Source of the DNA: Candidatus Kaiserbacteria bacterium
GTDB lineage: Bacteria > Patescibacteriota > Minisyncoccia > Phycocordibacterales > UBA2100
Direction of reading: 5' to 3'
DNA length: 60,990 bases
Assembly: GCA_021413775.1 (NCBI GenBank)
Contig: JAIOPS010000036.1
Location: forward strand, 1 to 60,990
Shown here piece after piece: positions 54,254-60,990 of this stretch. The notes below the pieces were generated by a model. The model was not told where the DNA came from. It did not search any database and saw only the letters and a program-made list of their open reading frames with translations. Position 1 is the stretch's first letter, and every line of letters begins with the position of its first letter. The position numbers were made by a program, and so were the translations under genes.

Positions 54254-57200
54254 TATTCCCGAAAAAAATACTTTTGCTCGGTTCGGGCGGCCTCAAAATC
54301 GGTCAGGCGGGTGAATTCGACTACTCAGGTACGCAGGCGATAAAAGCGTACAAGGAGGAAGAGATTTCCGTGGTGCTGATGAACCCGAACATCGCCACCG
54401 TCCAAACCGATGACAAGCTGGCAGACTCCGTATATTTTCTTCCCCTCACTCTGGAATTCGCGACGAAGATAATAGAAAAAGAAAAGCCCGATGCGATAGC
54501 GCTTTCCTTCGGCGGCCAGACCGCGCTCAATCTCGGACTTGAACTTGAATCCGCGGGAATTCTGAAGAAGCACCATGTTCGTGTCTTGGGCACGCCTGCA
54601 TCTGTTATTCGGGATACGGAAGACCGGGAGCTGTTTGTCAAACGCTTACGTCAAATTGACGTAAAGACGGCGCGCAGCATCGCGACGCGCACGGTTACTG
54701 AAGCCGTCACCGCTGCGAAGAAAATCGGCTACCCCGTGATGGTCCGCTCCGGTTTTGCACTCGGCGGAGAGGGCTCCGGTGTGGTCCGCTCGGAAAAAGA
54801 ATTGAAGAAAAAGCTTCACGAAGTTTTCCGTTCGGTCTCGCAGGTGCTCGTCGAAGAGTACCTGGGAGGCTGGAAAGAGGTGGAATACGAGGTTGTCCGT
54901 GACGCTGCAGACAACTGCATCACCGTCTGCAACATGGAGAACATCGACCCGATGGGAGTCCATACGGGCGAAAGCATCGTCGTCGCTCCGTCGCAAACGC
55001 TTTCGAATACTGAATATCATTATCTGCGCGAGGTCGCGATACGGACCATCAGGCATCTCGGTATCGTCGGTGAGTGCAATATCCAATATGCGCTGAATCC
55101 TGCTACGAGCGACTACCGTGTTATCGAGGTGAACGCACGTCTCTCCCGTTCTTCTGCACTCGCTTCGAAAGCGACCGGGTATCCACTTGCGTTCGTTGCG
55201 GCGAAACTCAGCCTCGGGTACAAACTGACCGAACTCAAGAATTCGGTTACGAAGAAAACCATCGCCTGTTTCGAGCCCGCTCTCGACTACCTCGTGTTGA
55301 AAGTCCCCCGTTGGGACCTGACGAAATTCGATAATGCGGTGACGCAAATAGGAACTGAGATGAAAAGCGTCGGCGAAGTGATGGCCATCGGACGAAGTTT
55401 CGAGGAGGCCCTGCAAAAGGCTCTCCGCATGCTTAACATCGGCGCGCAGGGATTCACCGCTCAACGAAACGGCAACTTTGCATTCAAGGGGTACGCGCAG
55501 GAGATAAGGGAGCCGACGACGAGGCGCATTTTTGCTCTTGCGCAAGCTCTATCCGCCGGTATCAGTACGAAGAAACTGCATGAACTCTCCCGGATTGACC
55601 CGTGGTTTCTGGATAAGATGCGCCGCATCATCGACATAGAATCCGATCTGAAGAAAGCGAAACGGATTGACGAGTCAGCTATGCGGAAGGCAAAACGTGC
55701 AGGATTCTCTGATGCTCAAATTGCGAGCATCAGGAAAACATCGCCGGATGCAATCCGGGCTCTGCGGAAAAAGCTTAAAGTCATTCCTGTCGTCAAACAA
55801 ATCGATACGCTCGCGGGTGAGTTTCCGGCGCAGACGAACTATCTGTATCTGACGTATCACGGTACGGAGAACGACATCGCCCCGTCCGACAAGCACGTCG
55901 CCGTACTCGGTTCCGGTCCGTACTCAATCGGCTCATCGGTCGAATTCGACTGGTCATGCGTGCAAGCCCTGAAGACCCTCCGCGCGCAGAAATTCGGGAC
56001 CATTATGATTAACTCCAATCCGGAGACTGTTTCCACGGACTACGACATGTCCGACAGGCTGTACTTCGACGAACTGAGTCTTGAGCGCGTGCTTGATATA
56101 ACGGAATTCGAAAAACCGAAAGGCGTAATCGTCTCGACAGGCGGCCAGATTCCGAACAACTTAGCACTGCCCTTGGCCGGACACGGAGTGACCGTACTCG
56201 GTACCGCTCCGCACGATATTGACCGTGCCGAAGACCGTCATGTGTTTTCAAAACTTTTGGATACACTGAACATACAGCAACCGGGCTGGACGGAAGTTAC
56301 GACACCGGCCGCCGCCAAACGCCGTGCGCGTGAACTCGGCTACCCGGTTCTCGTTCGTCCGTCGTACGTACTTTCCGGCTCAGCAATGAAGGTCGCGTAT
56401 GATGAAAAGTCCCTTCTCGCGTTTCTCAAACACGCGGCGGATGTCTCCTCGGACCATCCCGTCGTAATTTCAAAATTCATTGAGAACGCCCGTGAGATAG
56501 AAATGGACGGCGTCGCACAAAACGGCAAGCTCGTTATTTATGCCATAAGTGAGCACGTGGAAAATGCCGGTACGCACTCCGGCGATGCCACCGTTGTACT
56601 GCCGCCGCAGCGAACCTATCTGGAAACAATCCGGAGAGCGAAAGGCATCACGAAGGATATCGTTGAATCTCTGAAAATTACCGGGCCATTCAACATGCAG
56701 TTTTTGGCGAAAGACAATCACTTGATGGTTATCGAATGCAACGTGCGTGCATCACGCAGCTTTCCTTTCGTCTCCAAGGTGACGGGCCACAACTTCATCG
56801 ATATCGCGACCAAGGCCATTCTTGGGGTTACCGTGTCCGGTCACTACCGTACAGTAGAGCTTGATACCGTCGCGGTAAAGTCACCTCAATTCTCGTACAG
56901 CCGTATCCGCGGTGCAGATCCGACCACGTCCGTGGAAATGGGCTCGACGGGCGAAGTCGCATGCTTCGGTGATACGTACAGCGAGGCGCTCATCAAATCC
57001 ATGATGGCCGCCGGATTCCGTTTGCCGAAGAAAAACATTCTCATCTCCCTCGGCGGTGAAGAAAACAAGATAAAACTTCTGCCGACGATTCAAAAGTTAT
57101 CCGAGATGGGCTTCTCTCTCTATGCAACCGAGCACACCGCGGATTTTATCCGCAGTCACGGGATGAAATGCGAAAAAGTATACAAAGTGCAGCACAAGGG

Positions 57201-57429
57201 CTCGCCGAATGTCACGGAGCTTCTCGAGAGCGGGGTACTCGACCTCATCATAAATATCCCGGTTCGCGTCAAAGACGCAATCGACGGTTTTATCGTCCGC
57301 CGCAAAGCGATAGATTTGAACATTCCGCTCATAACGAACAGGCAGCTTGCGGAAGGATTCGTCACTGCACTCTCCGAGACAGATGTACACTCAATCCCGG
57401 TAAAGAGCTGGGCGGAGTACCGCGAGTAG
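54250..57429 (+). CDS. carB: carbamoyl-phosphate synthase large subunit
   Basis: IGQAGEFDYSG, GWKEVEYEV, two ATP-grasp domains, MGS domain. Confidence 0.97.
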   Translation: MIFPKKILLLGSGGLKIGQAGEFDYSGTQAIKAYKEEEISVVLMNPNIATVQTDDKLADSVYFLPLTLEFATKIIEKEKPDAIALSFGGQTALNLGLELESAGILKKHHVRVLGTPASVIRDTEDRELFVKRLRQIDVKTARSIATRTVTEAVTAAKKIGYPVMVRSGFALGGEGSGVVRSEKELKKKLHEVFRSVSQVLVEEYLGGWKEVEYEVVRDAADNCITVCNMENIDPMGVHTGESIVVAPSQTLSNTEYHYLREVAIRTIRHLGIVGECNIQYALNPATSDYRVIEVNARLSRSSALASKATGYPLAFVAAKLSLGYKLTELKNSVTKKTIACFEPALDYLVLKVPRWDLTKFDNAVTQIGTEMKSVGEVMAIGRSFEEALQKALRMLNIGAQGFTAQRNGNFAFKGYAQEIREPTTRRIFALAQALSAGISTKKLHELSRIDPWFLDKMRRIIDIESDLKKAKRIDESAMRKAKRAGFSDAQIASIRKTSPDAIRALRKKLKVIPVVKQIDTLAGEFPAQTNYLYLTYHGTENDIAPSDKHVAVLGSGPYSIGSSVEFDWSCVQALKTLRAQKFGTIMINSNPETVSTDYDMSDRLYFDELSLERVLDITEFEKPKGVIVSTGGQIPNNLALPLAGHGVTVLGTAPHDIDRAEDRHVFSKLLDTLNIQQPGWTEVTTPAAAKRRARELGYPVLVRPSYVLSGSAMKVAYDEKSLLAFLKHAADVSSDHPVVISKFIENAREIEMDGVAQNGKLVIYAISEHVENAGTHSGDATVVLPPQRTYLETIRRAKGITKDIVESLKITGPFNMQFLAKDNHLMVIECNVRASRSFPFVSKVTGHNFIDIATKAILGVTVSGHYRTVELDTVAVKSPQFSYSRIRGADPTTSVEMGSTGEVACFGDTYSEALIKSMMAAGFRLPKKNILISLGGEENKIKLLPTIQKLSEMGFSLYATEHTADFIRSHGMKCEKVYKVQHKGSPNVTELLESGVLDLIINIPVRVKDAIDGFIVRRKAIDLNIPLITNRQLAEGFVTALSETDVHSIPVKSWAEYRE

Positions 57430-57432
57430 CAA

Positions 57433-57487
57433 TATAAAAACTGTGGGCCCCTCCCTCGTACGCAGTACAAAAGGGAGAGGCCCAACA
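57433..57487 (-). terminator. terminator hairpin oriented for minus-strand transcripts
   Basis: TGGGCC-c-CTCCCT / AGGGAG-a-GGCCCA stem; the mismatch becomes G-U on the minus strand and a T-tract follows. Confidence 0.6.
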
Positions 57488-57591
57488 CTCGGACGCTACT
57501 ACTAACAGAACTAAACAAGCGCAACAAACTCTACGCAATGTGTACGCCACAACGACGCTACACAATACTCAACGAATTACGCAACTCGTAC

Positions 57592-57695
57592 GCGGCGGAG
57601 TCGTACGGACTCCCTCGCTATCCGGTTTTTTTTCTTTTCCGGAAGCGGAAACGCCATTGGCTGCGACACCGGTAGTCAACGTGGCGTTGAGCCGC
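57592..57695. ncRNA. candidate four-way-junction structured RNA
   Basis: GCGGC/GCCGC closing stem around hairpins 57597-57613, 57616-57647 and 57650-57688. Confidence 0.3.
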
Positions 57696-57721
57696 CTTTA
57701 TAACCTTTCCGGACGACCCTG

Positions 57722-60358
57722 TCAACTTTTTTTCTTCTTGAGCACACGCTTCAGGTAGTATCCCGTGTGCGAGCCGTCGGTCCTGGAGACTTCTTCCGGA
57801 GTACCTTGTGCAACCACACTTCCCCCGCCCTGTCCGCCCTCAGGTCCCATGTCGATGATGTGATCGGCACACTTGAGGACATCAAGGTTGTGCTCGATGA
57901 CGACAACGGTGTTTCCTCGTTCAACCAACTTCTGCAGAATCTGTATAAGCTTCGCGACGTCATCGTAGTGCAAACCGACCGTCGGTTCATCGAGCAGATA
58001 AATACTCTTGGTGATATGCGGGCGGTACAGTTCGGAGGCAATTTTGACGCGTTGCGCCTCTCCGCCGGAAAGCGTCGTTGCACTTTGTCCGAGTTCCAGA
58101 TATCCGAGACCGACATCGTCGAGCGACTGCAGGCGGTCATGAATGGCCGGAATGTCTTCGAAAAATTTCATCGCCTCCTCGACCGTCATTTTGAGGACAT
58201 CGTGAATGCTTTTTTTCTGAAATTTCACCTCAAGCGTCTCTTTCATAAAACGCTTTCCGTTGCACACGTCACATGTCACGTACACGGTCGGCAAAAAGTG
58301 CATCTCGACTGCGACCAGTCCGTTGCCCTGGCACGCCTCGCATCTCCCGCCTTTTACGTTAAAGGAAAATCTCCCGGGTCCCCAACCGCGGGCTTTGGAC
58401 TCCTCGCTCATCGCAAACATGTCACGGATGTGAGTCCATGCGCCCGTGTACGTTGCCGGGTTCGAACGCGGCGTGCGTCCTATCGGCGACTGGTCGATGA
58501 GTATGGCGCGTCCGAGATACTCAGTACCGCTGAATTCCTTCACATTGTATATTTTCGCCGTGCGAAAACGCTTATCGAATCGCGCCTGGAGATTGCGGTG
58601 GACGACTTCGTAGAGGAAGGTCGATTTACCCGAACCGGAGACGCCCGTTACGGCGACGAGCTTGCCGAGCGGTATATCCACGTTCACATTCTTAATATTG
58701 AATTTATTGGCTCCGCGGATTTTTATCTTGCCTCTGTCTCCCGTGCGGCGCTTTTCCGGCACTTCTATCGCTGTTTCCTCGCGCAGGTATGAGAGTGTCC
58801 GCGAACCGGATGCGTTTGTCTTTGCAGTGAGAAGGTCGTCGAGCCAACCCGAAACGACGATATTGCCGCCGTGAGTACCGGCACCCGGTCCGATATCGAC
58901 GATGTAATCGGATGCATAAATAGTATCCTCATCGTGTTCTACGACCAGTACCGTATTACCGAGGTCGCGAAGTCGTTTCAATGTCTCAATAAGTTTATCG
59001 TTGTCGCGCTGATGGAGACCGATGGTCGGTTCATCCAAGACATAGAGCGCACCGACCAGGCCCGAGCCGAGCTGCGAAGCGAGCCGTATGCGCTGTGCTT
59101 CTCCGCCGGAAAGCGTATTGGCCTTTCTGTCGAGAGTGAGATACTCGATACCGACATTGAGCATAAATTGAAGCCGGCTGGTAATTTCTTTAATCACCGC
59201 TTTGGATATATCCTGTTCCTTCTTTGACAACTTCAACGTCGAGAAGAATTTCTGCGCGTCCTCAATAGACATGCCCGAAAGGTTTACGATGTTTGTGCCC
59301 TTCGCGGGGCCTTTATTTTCCGCCGGCTCCTTCACAGTACCGAGGAAGACGTTGAGAGATTCCGGTCGCAGACGCGCGCCCTCACACACAGGACACGGCT
59401 CGTCGCTCCAAAGATACCGCGTACCGAGACCCTTGCACTCAGGACACGCGCCATACGGAGAGTTGAAAGAAAAAAGTCGCGGTTCAACTTCAGGAAACGA
59501 AAAGCCGTCGTATGGGCACATAAACTTTGCCGACACAATCCGGCCCTTTCCCTCGGCATCTATTATTTTTACGAGACCCTCGGATTCGAGGAGCGCACGC
59601 TCAATCGCTTCGGAGGCCCGCTCGTGCGTACCCTTCGCATCGTCCTTGAATTCTGAAACGAAGATTTCGTCCACGAGCACGTCGATGTCGTGCCGGTCGT
59701 TTTTGTTGAGCACAATGCGCTCGCGCAGAGATGTCTCCTCACCGTCTATGACGACTTTCTCATACCCCTTGTTGAGAAGGTCGTAGAGCAGTTGGTAATA
59801 CTCACCTTTTCGGCCGACAATGACAGGAGAGAGAATTCGTATTTTTGCATCGCTGATACCTTTTGTGAGCTTGCCTTTACCGGAAATCTTCGGCGCCTTT
59901 TCAACTATATCGATGACGGACTCCAGGATTTCCTCATTCGACTGCTTACGGACTTCACGTCCGCACTGCGGACAATGAGGATGACCGATGCGCGCATAGA
60001 GAACACGCAGATAATCGTAAATCTCGGTAATCGTTGCGACTGTCGAGCGCGGGTTATTTGAACGACTTTTCTGGTCGATAGATATTGCCGGCGAAAGTCC
60101 CGTAATTTCGTCCACGTCCGGTTTCTGCATTTGCCGCAAAAATTGACGCGCATACGCGGAGAGCGACTCGACGTATTTGCGCTGCCCCTCGGCGAAAATA
60201 GTATCAAAAGCCAACGACGACTTGCCGCTTCCGGATAGACCGGTAAACACGACCATCTTGTTGCGCGGCACCTCCACGCTCACATTCTTGAGATTATGCG
60301 TGCGCGCACCCTTGATGACGATTTTATCCGCCCCGATGTCCCTGTTTTTATCTGCCAT
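57722..60358 (-). CDS. uvrA: excinuclease ABC subunit A
   Basis: [18 protein letters not shown], two LSGGEAQR signatures, zinc fingers. Confidence 0.97.
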   Translation of the reverse strand: MADKNRDIGADKIVIKGARTHNLKNVSVEVPRNKMVVFTGLSGSGKSSLAFDTIFAEGQRKYVESLSAYARQFLRQMQKPDVDEITGLSPAISIDQKSRSNNPRSTVATITEIYDYLRVLYARIGHPHCPQCGREVRKQSNEEILESVIDIVEKAPKISGKGKLTKGISDAKIRILSPVIVGRKGEYYQLLYDLLNKGYEKVVIDGEETSLRERIVLNKNDRHDIDVLVDEIFVSEFKDDAKGTHERASEAIERALLESEGLVKIIDAEGKGRIVSAKFMCPYDGFSFPEVEPRLFSFNSPYGACPECKGLGTRYLWSDEPCPVCEGARLRPESLNVFLGTVKEPAENKGPAKGTNIVNLSGMSIEDAQKFFSTLKLSKKEQDISKAVIKEITSRLQFMLNVGIEYLTLDRKANTLSGGEAQRIRLASQLGSGLVGALYVLDEPTIGLHQRDNDKLIETLKRLRDLGNTVLVVEHDEDTIYASDYIVDIGPGAGTHGGNIVVSGWLDDLLTAKTNASGSRTLSYLREETAIEVPEKRRTGDRGKIKIRGANKFNIKNVNVDIPLGKLVAVTGVSGSGKSTFLYEVVHRNLQARFDKRFRTAKIYNVKEFSGTEYLGRAILIDQSPIGRTPRSNPATYTGAWTHIRDMFAMSEESKARGWGPGRFSFNVKGGRCEACQGNGLVAVEMHFLPTVYVTCDVCNGKRFMKETLEVKFQKKSIHDVLKMTVEEAMKFFEDIPAIHDRLQSLDDVGLGYLELGQSATTLSGGEAQRVKIASELYRPHITKSIYLLDEPTVGLHYDDVAKLIQILQKLVERGNTVVVIEHNLDVLKCADHIIDMGPEGGQGGGSVVAQGTPEEVSRTDGSHTGYYLKRVLKKKKS

Positions 60359-60410
60359 ACAAATGTTTCGACCCCCTGGCTTGCGCTAGGGGTTCATACG
60401 GAGACTATAT

Positions 60411-60449
60411 CAAAAAGACGAGGGTTCCGGAAATCGGCCGGAACCTCGT
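60411..60449 (-). terminator. intrinsic terminator after murB
   Basis: ACGAGGGTTCCGG / CCGGAACCTCGT stem followed by CTTTTTG on the minus strand. Confidence 0.7.
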
Positions 60450-60467
60450 ACTACCCTCTGGCCTGCT

Positions 60468-60990
60468 TTAAAGAAGCGCCGCTTCCTCGCGTAGAGTGAT
60501 ATCGAATTCCTTTTGAACAGCGGCTTTGATTGTATCGGCGAGCTTTTTCACGTCTTCGGCGGTCGCTGAGCCCGTGTTTACGATGTAGTTGGGATGCTGA
60601 AGCGACGCTATGGCACCGCCCACTGTCGCACCCTTCATGCCTGCCTTTTCGATAAGCCATCCTGCCGGTACGCGGTTTTCTCGTGATTTCACGCCTTTCT
60701 CGGCTTCAAACATCTCAACGATGCGATGCGGTGCGACCGGATTCATAAAGTATGAGCCGGCTGCCTGCACGTTTTGCAGATGCCGTCTTTCGCGTTCGTT
60801 TATCGTTTCATCCACAAGTCGGCGGGATTCAGACGGCTCAACCGTCGTAAGCCTCAGAATAGCTCTCGTAATAATCCACTCCGGATGATCTTTAAAGAAA
60901 GAATGCCTGTACGAAAAATCACACTCTGCGTTTGCAAACTCCCGGCCCTCGCCCGTCGTCACATTGTACGCACGCACTGTAACCACGAAA
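60468..60990 (-). CDS. murB: UDP-N-acetylenolpyruvoylglucosamine reductase, 3' part (5' end outside the window)
   Basis: FSYRHSFFK, AGSYFMNP, AGWLIEKAG, HPNYIVN. Confidence 0.92.
   Translation of the reverse strand, partial: FVVTVRAYNVTTGEGREFANAECDFSYRHSFFKDHPEWIITRAILRLTTVEPSESRRLVDETINERERRHLQNVQAAGSYFMNPVAPHRIVEMFEAEKGVKSRENRVPAGWLIEKAGMKGATVGGAIASLQHPNYIVNTGSATAEDVKKLADTIKAAVQKEFDITLREEAALL

Noticed and set aside
57485-57700. tmRNA, RNase P RNA or CRISPR array in the carB-uvrA spacer; ORF 57540-57758
   Set aside because: No tRNA-like T-arm/CCA end, no GAGGAAAGUCC signature, and the repeats are short and irregularly spaced; the ORF overlaps the uvrA end and has no recognisable features
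256-60990. Numerous long antisense or alternate-frame ORFs in the track (e.g. 15778-16734 +, 21156-22067 +, 54646-55545 -, 57767-58792 +)
   Set aside because: They shadow well-supported genes, have no recognisable motifs and are expected in GC-rich coding DNA

Overview
A 61 kb chromosomal segment from a small-genome bacterium, most likely Patescibacteria/CPR (Parcubacteria-like). This is inferred from gene content and shortened housekeeping proteins; TGA is read as stop, so the code is standard code 11. Most of the window is housekeeping: cell wall and division (M23 peptidase, murG, ftsW, mraY, dac, mltG, ddl, murB), scpAB, tRNA synthetases (gltX, aspS, trpS, alaS), grpE-dnaK-dnaJ, the infA-rpmJ-rpsM-rpsK-rpsD-rpoA-rplQ-rplM-rpsI cluster, rplU, mnmA, dnaB, recR, rmuC, uvrA, uvrC, carAB and tRNA-Ala(TGC). 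The stand-out locus is a four-gene cassette at 11648-17079 (minus strand) between trpS and dnaJ. It encodes a PaaK-like adenylate-forming ligase, an Rv1355c-type ThiF/E1 adenylase, a nitroreductase-fold oxidoreductase and a roughly 9-TM histidine kinase, which together look like a small-molecule signal synthase plus its membrane receptor (quorum-sensing-like). Other notable signals: a -10 hexamer 6-7 nt before the start codon of about 20 genes (pervasive leaderless transcription); a pyrL-like leader ORF crossing two terminators upstream of carAB; two candidate structured RNAs (131-309 and 57430-57721); two related CxxCGx5H microproteins in an islet; an ECF sigma/DUF5667 pair split by an RRM gene; and an FtsA-like plus baseplate-J-like gene pair. 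All family assignments come from motif recognition by eye; no searches were run.
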